The notes below the pieces were generated by a model. It worked only from the letters and a program-made list of their open reading frames with translations. It ran no database searches and had not been told where the DNA came from. The position numbers were made by a program, and so were the translations under genes. Source: Faecalimonas sp. (GTDB lineage: Bacteria > Bacillota > Clostridia > Lachnospirales > Lachnospiraceae). Taken from it: 64,000 nt of DNA. Shown here one piece after another: positions 29,864 through 40,334 of this stretch (the first letter of the stretch is position 1; each line of letters starts with the position of its first letter). The DNA lies in the NCBI GenBank assembly GCA_045630205.1, contig JAZQSP010000009.1, positions 3,055 through 67,054 on the forward strand. The letters are read 5' to 3'.

Positions 29864-30115
29864 TGGGTATATAGTCAACTTTTCTTGCTTCCATACCCAA
29901 TTAAGTGACATTTTCACTGCATAAGCATGGCTTTTTTAATACATTTGGGTACAGAAAGCATTTTTTCTTTGTCTATACCCACAAATTTCTAAAATTGTGG
30001 GTATAAACAAGTCGACACAGCCTATTTATACCCAAACACCACAAATTACACGCTCTTGAAGCTTGTTAGTGCAAAAAAATGGGTATAGGCAGATAAAACA
30101 CTCTGTCTATACCCA
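29864..30115. repeat. Symmetric 8-half-site TGGGTAT/ATACCCA array, copy 2
   Basis: Half-sites at 29864, 29893, 29946 (TGGGTAC), 29975, 29998, 30028, 30080, 30109. Confidence 0.9.
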
Positions 30116-30162
30116 AAACACATCAAATATTCACTTCCCAAAACAAATCTCAACACAAAATA

Positions 30163-31233
30163 TTATTCGTTCATTTTCGCCAACTTCGCTGCCTGATCTG
30201 CTGCGATAAGGCTATCGATAATCTCATCAATATCCCCATTCATCACACTGTCAATCTTGTATAATGTAAGTTTGATACGGTGCTCTGTCACACGTCCCTG
30301 CGGGAAGTTATAAGTTCTGATCTTCTCAGAACGGTCACCGGTACCAATCTGGCTTCTTCTTGCCTCCGCCTCTGCAGACTGCTGCTTTTCAAGCTCTAAT
30401 TCATACAGTTTTGAACGAAGTAAACGGAACGCTTTTTCTTTGTTCTGCAACTGTGATTTTTCTGTCTGGCTGTAGATTACAATTCCGGTTGGATGGTGAG
30501 TAAGTCGCACTGCTGAGTCGGTTGTATTGACACACTGTCCACCATTACCGGATGCACGCATTACGTCGATACGAATATCCTTTTCGTCGATAACAACGTC
30601 CACTTCTTCCGCTTCCGGCATTACGGCAACTGTAATTGTAGATGTGTGAATACGCCCACCGGACTCTGTCTCAGGAACACGCTGTACACGATGTACACCG
30701 CTTTCGTATTTCATTCTGGAATATACACCTTGACCGCTTACCATGAATACAACTTCTTTGAAACCGCCGATTCCGTTTTCACTAAAGGAAATCATCTCGG
30801 TCTTCCAGCGTCTGCTCTCCGCATAATGTACATACATACGATATACTTCTGCCGCGAAGAGTGCAGATTCATCTCCGCCGGCACCTGCACGGATTTCAAC
30901 CATGATGTTCTTGTCATCGTTAGGGTCCTTTGGAAGAAGTAAAATCTTAAGCTCGTGCTCTAACTCTTCCACACGCTTTTTCGATTCGTATAATTCTTCT
31001 TTAGCAAGTTCACGCATCTCTTCGTCAGATTCGAGTTCCAACATCTCTTCACTGTCGATGATTGCCTGCTTCGCATTCTTGTATTCTGTATATGCTTCTA
31101 CAATCGGAGCCAAGTCCGACTGTTCTTTCATCAGTTTGCGGAAACGTGCCGGGTCATTTGCCACATCCGGCTCCTGCAATTCACTCATCAACTCTTCATA
31201 ACGAATGAGCAAATCATCTAATCTATCAAACAT
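30163..31233 (-). CDS. prfA: Peptide chain release factor 1
   Basis: GGQ motif, PET recognition loop (QRVPETE), GVHRVQR. Confidence 0.97.
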   Translation of the reverse strand: MFDRLDDLLIRYEELMSELQEPDVANDPARFRKLMKEQSDLAPIVEAYTEYKNAKQAIIDSEEMLELESDEEMRELAKEELYESKKRVEELEHELKILLLPKDPNDDKNIMVEIRAGAGGDESALFAAEVYRMYVHYAESRRWKTEMISFSENGIGGFKEVVFMVSGQGVYSRMKYESGVHRVQRVPETESGGRIHTSTITVAVMPEAEEVDVVIDEKDIRIDVMRASGNGGQCVNTTDSAVRLTHHPTGIVIYSQTEKSQLQNKEKAFRLLRSKLYELELEKQQSAEAEARRSQIGTGDRSEKIRTYNFPQGRVTEHRIKLTLYKIDSVMNGDIDEIIDSLIAADQAAKLAKMNE

Positions 31234-31263
31234 ATTTTTTCCTCCAATATATTATCATCCTTA

Positions 31264-32100
31264 TTAAATATACACGCCAAAGACCACTCGGTCAAGTCCT
31301 GCCAAATCCTTTTTCACAGTAACATCTGCAAATCCTGCCTCTTTCATGAGGCTACTCACATCTTCTCCCTGGTCATGACCTGTCTCGAAAAAGAGTTTTC
31401 CACCCTTTGTTAAATATTTTGGACTGTTTTCCACAATTCTTCTATAGAAATAAAGACCATCCTCTTTGCCGTCCAATGCAAGTAACGGGTCATGGAATTT
31501 CACTTCTTCTTTGAGTTCCTCAATCACAGAAGTACGAATGTAAGGCGGATTGGATACAATCACATCGTACTGTCCTTCTACTTCCGAAAACAAATCACTG
31601 TGTAAAAACGTTGCATCCACACCTAAGTTCTCAGCATTCTGTCGTGCAACCTCAAGCGCCTCTTTCGAAATATCCGCACCAACACCGCGAATGTCTGAAA
31701 AACCACATAATTTCAATAAACTAATCAAGATGCATCCTGAGCCGGTACACATATCGAGCACTCGCATTTCAGGCTCTAAAATATCCAGCACACTTTCTAC
31801 CAATACTTCTGTATCCTGTCTTGGTACCAGCACGTGTTCATTGACAAGAAACGGAAGACCCATAAATTCCTGCACACCGGTAATGTGCTGCAAAGGTATA
31901 TGCTTCGCACGAGTCTCCACACACCCGAAGTATCTAATCTTCTCTTCCTCACTAAGCTCGCGATTCATATCCATAAAATACATGGCACGACTGACGCCTG
32001 TGACATACTCCAGCAGATACCACGCATCCAGGTCTGCATCTTCAATCTGCACATTCTTCAATTGTACTTGTCCGTATTCATAAGCTTCTTTTAAGGTCAT
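31264..32100 (-). CDS. prmC: Release factor glutamine methyltransferase
   Basis: LVPRQDTE, DMCTGSG, SNPPY; next to prfA. Confidence 0.95.
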   Translation of the reverse strand: MTLKEAYEYGQVQLKNVQIEDADLDAWYLLEYVTGVSRAMYFMDMNRELSEEEKIRYFGCVETRAKHIPLQHITGVQEFMGLPFLVNEHVLVPRQDTEVLVESVLDILEPEMRVLDMCTGSGCILISLLKLCGFSDIRGVGADISKEALEVARQNAENLGVDATFLHSDLFSEVEGQYDVIVSNPPYIRTSVIEELKEEVKFHDPLLALDGKEDGLYFYRRIVENSPKYLTKGGKLFFETGHDQGEDVSSLMKEAGFADVTVKKDLAGLDRVVFGVYI

Positions 32101-32101
32101 C

Positions 32102-33025
32102 TTACTTCTCCTCAAAATTCTCTTTTAAATACGCTTTCCAGTCAAATACTTCTTCTACGGCACGAATTGCCACTTCAATCATGTCGTCTTCAGGCTCTTT
32201 CGTTGTAAGATTCTGAAGTGCCATACCCGGTTTACTTAAGAGCTCTACTGCCGGATTCGTACTGCTTCCCGCAAGTCTGATAATCTCATACGAAATTCCC
32301 GCGATAACAGGTAACAGTGCTAAACGAATCAAAACACGAAGTAATTGTGATTCAGCTGTAATAAAGAAACATACAATCACACTTACTAACATAACAAAAA
32401 ACAGAAAACTCGTTCCACATCGTTTGTGCTGTTTCGAACTGTTTTTCACATTCTCTACTGTAAGGTCCATTCCATGCTCAATACAGTTAATGCATTTGTG
32501 CTCTGCACCGTGATACATGAAAGTTCTCTGAATATCCTTCATCTGTGACACTGCTAGTATGTAGACCACAAACAAACCAACACGAACTACAGACTCTAAA
32601 ACCGTACGCAGGAAACGTGACGCAATGATGCCTTTAAAGAGATTTGAAATAAAATATGGAAGAATCATGAATAGCCCCATCGCAATCACAACGGATGCCA
32701 CCATAGTAATTCCCATAATCAAATCATCTTTTTTCTGTTGTTTCACAGCCTCCTCTTCCGTCAGCACAATCTCCGTCTCTTCTTCAAAAAAGCTTGCAGA
32801 ATATGTGAGCGTCTTCATGCCAAGCACCAGAGAATCCACAAAGTTAAACACACCCCTTACAAATGGAATCTTTGTAAGCTTCTCCCACTTTACAATACTT
32901 TTATATTCATCTGTCTTCACTTCAATCTCACCGTCAGGCTTTCTGACAGCAACGGCATACTTCGGACCGTTTTTCATCATAATTCCTTCCAAAACAGCCT
33001 GACCGCCAATATTTGATGACTTCAT
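32102..33025 (-). CDS. DUF1385 membrane protein
   Basis: GGQAVLEG, YHGAEHK, HKRCGTSF, LTTKEP; usual rpmE-prmC context. Confidence 0.9.
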   Translation of the reverse strand: MKSSNIGGQAVLEGIMMKNGPKYAVAVRKPDGEIEVKTDEYKSIVKWEKLTKIPFVRGVFNFVDSLVLGMKTLTYSASFFEEETEIVLTEEEAVKQQKKDDLIMGITMVASVVIAMGLFMILPYFISNLFKGIIASRFLRTVLESVVRVGLFVVYILAVSQMKDIQRTFMYHGAEHKCINCIEHGMDLTVENVKNSSKQHKRCGTSFLFFVMLVSVIVCFFITAESQLLRVLIRLALLPVIAGISYEIIRLAGSSTNPAVELLSKPGMALQNLTTKEPEDDMIEVAIRAVEEVFDWKAYLKENFEEK

Positions 33026-33045
33026 AGTTATCTTTCCTCCAAAAC

Positions 33046-33083
33046 AAAACGGGTTGAAGCCTGAACCTCAACCCGTACTTTTG
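33046..33083 (-). terminator. Hairpin after rpmE
   Basis: acgggttga ... tcaacccgt stem with U-rich tail on minus. Confidence 0.6.
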
Positions 33084-33087
33084 CATA

Positions 33088-33288
33088 TTATTGCATTCCG
33101 TATTTCTTGTTAAATTTATCAACACGACCACGAGCTTGAGCAGCTTTTTGTTGTCCTGTGTAGAATGGATGACATTTTGAACAAATTTCCACGTGGATTG
33201 ATTCCTTTGTAGAACCTGTCACAAATGTGTTCCCACAGTTACATGTTACTGTTGCCTGATGGTATGTTGGATGGATTCCTTCTCTCAT
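33088..33288 (-). CDS. rpmE: 50S ribosomal protein L31 (Zn-binding type)
   Basis: MREGIHP..CNCG...[10 protein letters not shown]. Confidence 0.96.
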   Translation of the reverse strand: MREGIHPTYHQATVTCNCGNTFVTGSTKESIHVEICSKCHPFYTGQQKAAQARGRVDKFNKKYGMQ

Positions 33289-33395
33289 TTTATTCACCTC
33301 TTCATCTATTTTTCGCGATTCCAACCGCGATTAGGCTCGTTTTTCTAAACAGCTTTTACATAATATCACAATTAGTTTTATATTGCAAGTTTTTT

Positions 33396-34697
33396 CTATA
33401 AGAATTTATTCTTTTTCACCATTTCAACAAATTCTGTATTGTTTGAGGTGCGAGCAAACATATTTAAAATATTGTCCACTGCCTCTTCCGGCTTCAATCC
33501 ATTGAGTGCTTTTCTCAAAATATAAACAGCCTCCTGCTCGGATTGTGTGAGAAGTAAATCTTCTCTTCTCGTTCCGGACTTTGGAATATCGATGGCCGGG
33601 AATACACGTTTCTCCTGTAACTTTCTGTCAAGCACAAGTTCCATGTTACCGGTTCCCTTAAATTCTTCATATACAACATCATCCATCTTGCTTCCTGTAT
33701 CTACAAGTGCTGTTGCAAGAATCGTAAGGCTTCCGCCCTCTCTGATATTACGCGCTGCACCGAAGAAACGCTTTGGCATATGAAGCGCTGCAGGGTCAAG
33801 ACCACCGGAAAGTGTACGTCCGCTTGGTGGTACAATGAGGTTGTACGCTCTTGCAAGTCTTGTAATACTGTCGAGAAGAATCACAACATCCTTGTTGTGC
33901 TCAACCAGACGCTTTGCACGTTCAATTACCATCTCTGACACACGTTTGTGGTGTTCCGGCAATTCATCAAATGTAGAATAAATAACCTCTACATTGGTTC
34001 CCATAATAGATTCTTTAATATCTGTTACTTCTTCCGGACGCTCATCAATCAAAAGAATCAGGATATGCATGTCCGGATTATTCTTAAGAAGTGCCTGCGC
34101 AACCTGTTTTAAAAGCGTTGTCTTACCTGCTTTCGGTGGCGATACAATCATACCACGCTGTCCCTTTCCGATTGGAGATAAAAGGTCCACAATACGCATG
34201 GCAACACTGCTCTTACCACTTTCCAAATGCAGTCTCTCATCCGGGAAAATCGGCGTCAAATCTTCAAAATTCTTTCTCTTCATTGCCTCTTCTGTTGTGT
34301 AACCGTTAATCTTTGTCACATACAAAAGAGCACTGAACTTCTCCTGCTGCGTCTTGATTCTGGTATTACCGGTCAAGATATCTCCGGTCTTAAGTCCGAA
34401 TCTGCGAATCTGTGACGGCGATACATAGATATCATTTTCTCCCGGCAGATAATTATCGCTTCGGATGAATCCATATCCATTCTCCATTACCTCTAAAATA
34501 CCTTCTACCGTTTCGCCGCTGTCTAACTGTTCAATATCCAGTTCAGCCTTCTCCGTTTTGAGTTTGTCCTTCTCGTCCTGTTCCAACATTGCTTCTATCA
34601 GCTCTGCTTTTTTCAAAGTGCTGATACCTGACATTTCTCTTGCTTTCGCCAAATCACGCAAAGTCGCCAATGGCAAAGACTCATACTTTTCTCTCAT
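33396..34697 (-). CDS. rho: Transcription termination factor Rho
   Basis: [43 protein letters not shown]; likely ATG at 34697. Confidence 0.96.
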   Translation of the reverse strand: MREKYESLPLATLRDLAKAREMSGISTLKKAELIEAMLEQDEKDKLKTEKAELDIEQLDSGETVEGILEVMENGYGFIRSDNYLPGENDIYVSPSQIRRFGLKTGDILTGNTRIKTQQEKFSALLYVTKINGYTTEEAMKRKNFEDLTPIFPDERLHLESGKSSVAMRIVDLLSPIGKGQRGMIVSPPKAGKTTLLKQVAQALLKNNPDMHILILLIDERPEEVTDIKESIMGTNVEVIYSTFDELPEHHKRVSEMVIERAKRLVEHNKDVVILLDSITRLARAYNLIVPPSGRTLSGGLDPAALHMPKRFFGAARNIREGGSLTILATALVDTGSKMDDVVYEEFKGTGNMELVLDRKLQEKRVFPAIDIPKSGTRREDLLLTQSEQEAVYILRKALNGLKPEEAVDNILNMFARTSNNTEFVEMVKKNKFL

Positions 34698-34863
34698 AAA
34701 ATCTATCCTTTCTTTATCCAAATTGTCATCTTTGGGAAAATCGTCTGAATCGACAAATCGAAGTCTACTCAAGTATTATACAACAACCTATTAAAAAAAG
34801 AAAGTATTTTTTTCTCGTAATTGATTTGCACGTCCAAGAATGCTATGATAGTAACTGAGGGAA

Positions 34864-35823
34864 GTGACGCAAATGAAACAATGGGGCGACAAACGCTACT
34901 ATTCTTTGGATTATTATATTAAGGAAACTTTTGGCGAAAAACTATATAAGTTATCTTTGGACGGCGGCATGACCTGCCCGAACAGAGATGGTAAAATAGA
35001 TAGTCGCGGTTGCATTTTCTGCAGTGCAGGAGGGTCCGGCGACTTTGCCGGGGACCGAAGGCTTTCGATTCAGGAGCAGATTTCTCAGGCAAAACAGCTT
35101 GTAAGCCGCAAGCATACTGGTTCCTCTTATATTGCCTACTTTCAGGCATATACGAACACTTATGCTCCTTTGAGCTACTTAGAAAAGATATTTGCAGAGG
35201 CCATCAACGAACCTGACATTCGAATACTATCGATTGCAACAAGACCGGACTGCCTGTCACCGGAGATATTGGAATTACTCTCCAGACTGAACAAAATCAA
35301 GCCGGTTTGGGTAGAACTCGGACTGCAGACCATTCACAAAAGAAGTGCAGATTTCATTCGTCGCGGATATGACCTTGACGTTTTTGAAAAAGCAGTTTAT
35401 GATTTAAAAAATATCGGAATTACTGTCATTACGCATGTCATCTTGTGCCTGCCTAATGAGAATACGGAAGAGATGCTTAAAACCATTTCCTATTTAAATG
35501 AATTGCCTATCGACGGCATCAAATTGCAGCTTCTTCACATTCTTAAAGGCACTGATTTGGCAAACGTATATGAGTCAGAACCATTTTATCTGCCGGATTT
35601 AGAGGATTATATGAAACTACTCGGTGTAATCATTTCTCATCTCCGTGAAGATATCGTAATTCACCGCCTAACCGGCGACGGTCCGAAATCGCTATTAATT
35701 GCACCGCTTTGGACAGGAAACAAACGAATGGTGTTAAACCACATACAAAAATATTTGAAAGATGCTGATATATGGCAAGGGAAGGAGATTTCATGTCAGA
35801 ATCATTTACACTCTACAAATTAA
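34864..35823 (+). CDS. TIGR01212 family radical SAM protein (YhcC/YtqA-like)
   Basis: TCPNRDG...GCIFCS, YFQAYTNTY, TRPDC, ELGLQT, IHRLTGD. Confidence 0.9.
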   Translation: MTQMKQWGDKRYYSLDYYIKETFGEKLYKLSLDGGMTCPNRDGKIDSRGCIFCSAGGSGDFAGDRRLSIQEQISQAKQLVSRKHTGSSYIAYFQAYTNTYAPLSYLEKIFAEAINEPDIRILSIATRPDCLSPEILELLSRLNKIKPVWVELGLQTIHKRSADFIRRGYDLDVFEKAVYDLKNIGITVITHVILCLPNENTEEMLKTISYLNELPIDGIKLQLLHILKGTDLANVYESEPFYLPDLEDYMKLLGVIISHLREDIVIHRLTGDGPKSLLIAPLWTGNKRMVLNHIQKYLKDADIWQGKEISCQNHLHSTN

Positions 35824-36305
35824 TCGTACTATATATGCTTGATAAAGTGGATTTTCCACTGACAAACGGACAGATATCGGAGTTCATCTTAGACAAAGGC
35901 TACACCACCTACTTCACCTTACAGCAGGCGATTTCAGAGATGGTGGAAGCAGGATTTCTTCGCGAGGAAACGACTCATAACCGCACGCTCTATCACTTGA
36001 CACAGGATGGCGCTGATACGATTCATTTCTTCAAAAATAATATCTCGTCTGCCATCCAGCAGGATATCGATATGTTCTTCGCTGAAAAGAGCTATGATTT
36101 GAAGAACGAAGTATCAATTAAGGCTGACTATTATCAGACCAAGAATCTAGAGTTTGCCGTGCGCTGTCAGATATTGGAGAGCGGTTCTCCGTTAATTGAT
36201 ATGACTTTGACTGTTCCGACGGAAGAAGAGGCAACGTCTGTTGCAAATAATTGGAACAAAAAGAATCAGGAAGTCTATGCACAAATCATTGCAAGCCTAT
36301 TATAA
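35793..36305 (+). CDS. DUF4364 family protein
   Basis: LYKLIVLYML..VDFPLTN.QIS...YFTLQQ; ATG at 35793 after AGGAG. Confidence 0.85.
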   Translation: MSESFTLYKLIVLYMLDKVDFPLTNGQISEFILDKGYTTYFTLQQAISEMVEAGFLREETTHNRTLYHLTQDGADTIHFFKNNISSAIQQDIDMFFAEKSYDLKNEVSIKADYYQTKNLEFAVRCQILESGSPLIDMTLTVPTEEEATSVANNWNKKNQEVYAQIIASLL

Positions 36306-36355
36306 TGACGCTCTACAGCAAATAGGCTCTTCGACAAATCTTACAACACGCTGAA

Positions 36356-36388
36356 AACGGGTATCACTCCACAAAAGTGATACCCGTT
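36356..36388. terminator. Bidirectional terminator
   Basis: aacgggtatcact ccacaaa agtgatacccgtt between convergent genes. Confidence 0.7.
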
Positions 36389-36391
36389 GTT

Positions 36392-37714
36392 TTATATTTC
36401 TCTATTTCTCAATCTTTCCAAGCGTTCTTTAATACCCTTCTCATATCCGATATCGGTCGGTTCATAGAATTTCGCATCGCGAATCTCATCCGGCAGATAC
36501 TGCTGCTTCACGTAATGCTCCGGATAATCATGCGCATACTTGTAACCAACTCCATGTCCTAGCTTAGCAGAACCCTTATAGTGCGCATCCTGCAAATGTG
36601 CTGGAACCGTTGTCTTTTGATTCTTCACACTGTCCATCGCAGCCGCAATCGAAAGATACGATGCATTGCTCTTCGGTGCACTCGCGATATAGGTTGCCGC
36701 CTGTGCCAGAATAATCTGTGCCTCCGGCATTCCGATTCGCTCTATTGCCTGACTTGCTGACACTGCAACGGTAAGTGCATTCGGATCTGCATTTCCGACA
36801 TCCTCCGATGCACAGATCATCATTCTCCGTGCAATAAACTTAATATCCTCTCCCGCATACAGCATTTTTGCAAGATAATATACTGCTGCATCAGGGTCAG
36901 AACCTCGCATACTCTTAATAAATGCCGATATCGTATCGTAATGATTATCGCCTGTCTTGTCATAACGCACTACACGTTTCTGGATACACTCCTGTGCCAC
37001 ATCAATCGTGATGTGAATCTTGCCGTCCTCACTTCGCTCCGTAGTCAGAATACCAAGCTCAATCGCGTTGAGGGCATTTCTTGCATCCCCTCCGGAAATA
37101 TCTGCAAGGAAGTCCAAAGCCTCGTCCGTAATGTCTGCACGATAGCTTCCCATCCCTTTTTCCATGTCGTACACAGCACGTCTAAGTAACGTCTTAATAT
37201 CTTCCTTATCTAACGACTTTAATTCAAATACGCTGGAACGGGAAATGAGCGCTCCGTTCACTTCAAAATACGGATTTTCCGTTGTCGCGCCGATTAAAAT
37301 GAGTGTCCCATCTTCAACAAACGGCAACAGGTAATCCTGCTGTCCTTTGTTAAAACGATGAATCTCATCTACGAAAAGAATTGTCTTCTTCCCGTACATC
37401 CCCATGTTATTCTTGGCCTGCTGCACAACCTCTTCCATGTCCTTCTTTCCGGCAATCGTCGCATTGATCTGCTTAAATTCCGCACTCGTTGTATTGGCAA
37501 TCACCTTCGCAAGCGTCGTCTTACCGGTGCCCGGAGGACCATAGAAAATAAGGGAACCTAACTTATCTGCCTTAATTGCACGATAAAGCAACTTATCTTT
37601 TCCAATGATATGCTGCTGTCCCACAACCTCCTCCAAGCGAGTCGGACGAAGTCTGGATGCAAGCGGCGATTCCTTATCACTTTTCTGTTCTCTTACATAG
37701 TCAAATAAATCCAT
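36392..37714 (-). CDS. rarA: Replication-associated recombination protein A (MgsA/RarA)
   Basis: PLASRLRP, GPPGTGKT, DEIHRFNK.QQD, ATTENP, SAFIKSMRGSD. Confidence 0.94.
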   Translation of the reverse strand: MDLFDYVREQKSDKESPLASRLRPTRLEEVVGQQHIIGKDKLLYRAIKADKLGSLIFYGPPGTGKTTLAKVIANTTSAEFKQINATIAGKKDMEEVVQQAKNNMGMYGKKTILFVDEIHRFNKGQQDYLLPFVEDGTLILIGATTENPYFEVNGALISRSSVFELKSLDKEDIKTLLRRAVYDMEKGMGSYRADITDEALDFLADISGGDARNALNAIELGILTTERSEDGKIHITIDVAQECIQKRVVRYDKTGDNHYDTISAFIKSMRGSDPDAAVYYLAKMLYAGEDIKFIARRMMICASEDVGNADPNALTVAVSASQAIERIGMPEAQIILAQAATYIASAPKSNASYLSIAAAMDSVKNQKTTVPAHLQDAHYKGSAKLGHGVGYKYAHDYPEHYVKQQYLPDEIRDAKFYEPTDIGYEKGIKERLERLRNREI

Positions 37715-37725
37715 CTTCTGTACTC

Positions 37726-38445
37726 CTATTCCACTCCCGCAATATCACGGATCACTTGTCCGGCGATCAAAAGTCCTGCCACCGGCGGTACAAATGAAAT
37801 GCTGCCCGGAAGTGCACGTCTTTTACCCTTGTCTTCACCGGTCTCTTTATCTGTAATATCCACCGGCTTTTCTTTCGAATATAACACCTTCAAATGATGA
37901 ATGCCTCTGGCTTTCAATTCTCTGCGCATCACCTTGCAAAGCGGACACACGGAAGTCTTCACAATGTCCGTAATCTCAAACAGTTCCGGATGGAGCTTAT
38001 TTCCTGTTCCCATGCAACTGATAATTGGTATGTCATGCTCTTTTGCATATTCAACCAACGCTAATTTCGCAGTCACTGTATCGATTGCATCCACGATATA
38101 ATCTACTTTTCTGTCAAAGATTTCCGAAAGGTTTTCCGGTAAAACAAAGGTCTCGTGTGTATACACCTTTGCCTCAGAATTGATATCCTCAATCCGCGTT
38201 TTCATGAGCTTCGTCTTATACTCGCCCACCGTACTTAAGTACGCAATCGACTGGCGGTTGATGTTTGTCAGACTTACCTTATCATTATCCACCAAAATGA
38301 GTGTCCCGACGCCGCTTCTTGCAAGTGCTTCAATGCAGTGCGAACCAACACCCCCAACACCAAGTACCATAACCGTTGCGTTTCGCAGCCTCTCTAATCC
38401 TTCTTCTTCTATTAAAAGTTCCGTTCTGGAAAATTCGTGTACCAT
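37726..38445 (-). CDS. tcdA: tRNA threonylcarbamoyladenosine dehydratase (ThiF family)
   Basis: GVGGVGS, TNINRQ, DAID, TSVCPL, GSISFVP. Confidence 0.88.
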   Translation of the reverse strand: MVHEFSRTELLIEEEGLERLRNATVMVLGVGGVGSHCIEALARSGVGTLILVDNDKVSLTNINRQSIAYLSTVGEYKTKLMKTRIEDINSEAKVYTHETFVLPENLSEIFDRKVDYIVDAIDTVTAKLALVEYAKEHDIPIISCMGTGNKLHPELFEITDIVKTSVCPLCKVMRRELKARGIHHLKVLYSKEKPVDITDKETGEDKGKRRALPGSISFVPPVAGLLIAGQVIRDIAGVE

Positions 38446-38576
38446 GTAAATTCCTCTTTCTTAGAATCTCATACACTAGAATGATAACATTTTCCGCCCG
38501 TTTCGTCACTACTTTTTTATTGCATATCTATTTTAATAATGTTAGAATAATCAGGTATGCGAAAAGGAGGAAGATT

Positions 38577-39941
38577 ATGTCAGAACAAGTCAGACAAGAG
38601 AATAAAATGGGCGTTATGCCTATTCCAAAATTATTGATTACCATGTCCTTGCCAATGATAGCATCTATGTTGGTACAGGCCTTATATAATATTGTAGACA
38701 GCATGTTTGTTGCACAGTTAAATGAAAATGCACTTACGGCTGTTTCCCTTGCATTCCCAATACAGAATTTGATGATTGCGGTGGCTGCAGGTACCGGCGT
38801 CGGTATCAATGCACTTCTCTCAAGAAGTCTAGGTGAGAAACAATTCGATACCGCGAATACGATTGCGCGAAACGGTATTCTTCTCGGAGTTTTAAGCAGT
38901 CTTGTATTTGCAATTGCCGGCATCTTCGGTTCTCGTCTCTTTTTTGAGATTCAGACAGAAGACGCACAGATTATCGAATACGGAACACAGTACATGTCCG
39001 TGATTACGATAGCATCCATCGGTATCTTTTTACAAATAACCTTTGAACGACTGATGCAGTCAACCGGAAAAACCATTTTCAACATGATTACACAGGGGTT
39101 AGGGGCCATCATCAACATCATCCTAGACCCCATCCTCATCTTCGGTTGGTTCGGACTTCCGGCAATGGGTGTAACCGGCGCTGCTGTTGCGACAGTCATC
39201 GGACAGATAATTGCCGCATCACTCGGTATCTTCTTTAACTGGAAATATAACAAAGAAATCCATGTGAGTTTCAAAGGTTTCAAACCTTGTAGGAAAACCA
39301 TTGGAAACATTTATAAAATCGGCGTTCCATCGATTATCATGCAGTCGATTGGTTCACTTACAACCTTCGGTATGAACAACATCTTACTGATGTTCTCATC
39401 CACAGCCGCAACCGTATTCGGCGTATACTTTAAGTTACAAAGTTTCATCTTTATGCCGGTATTCGGTCTCACAAACGGTATGATTCCGATTGTTGCTTAC
39501 AACTACGGAGCCCGCAATAAAAAACGTATCTATCAGACGTTTAAACTCAGCGTAGTTATGGCTGTCAGCATTATGGCTGTCGGTGTTGTCATCTTCCAGA
39601 CAATCCCTGCAACATTACTCGGCCTGTTTGAAGCCTCAGACCATATGCTTGCCATCGGTGTTCCGGCACTACGTGCCATCAGTCTGAGTTTCGTATTTGC
39701 AGGATTCTGCATTATTTGCAGTGCCACCTTTCAGGCACTTGGAAATGGCGTCTACAGTATGCTGATGTCATTCGCAAGACAGATTATCGTAATTCTGCCG
39801 GTTGCTTTTATCTTCGCAAAACTTATCGGACTAGATGCCGTATGGTACTCTTATCCGATTGCAGAGATTGTTGCAGTAGTAATGAGTATATTTATGCTGA
39901 AACGAATTATAGATAAAAAAGTAAAACATTTGGAAGATTAA
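38577..39941 (+). CDS. MATE-family efflux transporter
   Basis: YNIVDS, NIILDPILIFG, GAAVATVIGQ; about 12 TM segments; ATG at 38577. Confidence 0.92.
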   Translation: MSEQVRQENKMGVMPIPKLLITMSLPMIASMLVQALYNIVDSMFVAQLNENALTAVSLAFPIQNLMIAVAAGTGVGINALLSRSLGEKQFDTANTIARNGILLGVLSSLVFAIAGIFGSRLFFEIQTEDAQIIEYGTQYMSVITIASIGIFLQITFERLMQSTGKTIFNMITQGLGAIINIILDPILIFGWFGLPAMGVTGAAVATVIGQIIAASLGIFFNWKYNKEIHVSFKGFKPCRKTIGNIYKIGVPSIIMQSIGSLTTFGMNNILLMFSSTAATVFGVYFKLQSFIFMPVFGLTNGMIPIVAYNYGARNKKRIYQTFKLSVVMAVSIMAVGVVIFQTIPATLLGLFEASDHMLAIGVPALRAISLSFVFAGFCIICSATFQALGNGVYSMLMSFARQIIVILPVAFIFAKLIGLDAVWYSYPIAEIVAVVMSIFMLKRIIDKKVKHLED

Positions 39942-39947
39942 AAGAAC

Positions 39948-39990
39948 AGCTCCACTCTCAGGCATACACCTGAAAGTGGGGCTATTTATT
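39948..39990 (+). terminator. Rho-independent terminator after the MATE gene
   Basis: agctccactctcagg ... cctgaaagtggggct followed by a T-rich tail. Confidence 0.7.
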
Positions 39991-40031
39991 TTATCCCCAT
40001 AATGTGGATAACTTTCCTTTTTTGTTGATAA
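39991..40031. promoter_or_regulatory. Cluster of three DnaA-box-like 9-mers
   Basis: TTATCCCCA (39991), perfect TGTGGATAA (40003), TGTTGATAA (40023). Confidence 0.5.
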
Positions 40032-40202
40032 GTGTGAACTCCCTTGTAAAGCACTTCTGAATCTGCTAGTATGTAACTACATTGAAATTCGGACATGTTT
40101 ATTCAAACAATAATTGTCCATTTGCGTTTCAAAAACGCATCTGAATTTCAAGGCGAATCAGCCAATGATTTCAATTTTGATGAAAATTTGATAAGGAGTG
40201 TG

Positions 40203-40241
40203 ATGTCTATGATTGTATATGTTGTCAATGCATTTTCATAA
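40203..40241 (+). pseudogene. 5' remnant resembling a PhzF-family N-terminus
   Basis: RBS AAGGAG followed by MSMIVYVVNAFS*; resembles the PhzF start motif Y-x-V-D/N-A-F. Confidence 0.4.
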
Positions 40242-40334
40242 AAATTTAGTTTGATTTTTATGCCTCAAAAGAATATAATACAAGAAAACAACCTAATAAA
40301 AAGCAAGAACATATGAAAGAGGGAGGCTGATTGT

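Noticed and set aside
29864-30115. TGGGTAT/ATACCCA arrays as a CRISPR array
   Set aside because: The conserved parts are only 7-9-bp inverted half-sites, the period is irregular (82/52/82), there are no 23-47-bp direct repeats, and no cas genes are present
36356-36388. GGGTAT...ATACCC hairpin as a third copy of the array
   Set aside because: It is a single, fully paired stem with a 15-nt gap between convergent genes, which fits an ordinary bidirectional terminator
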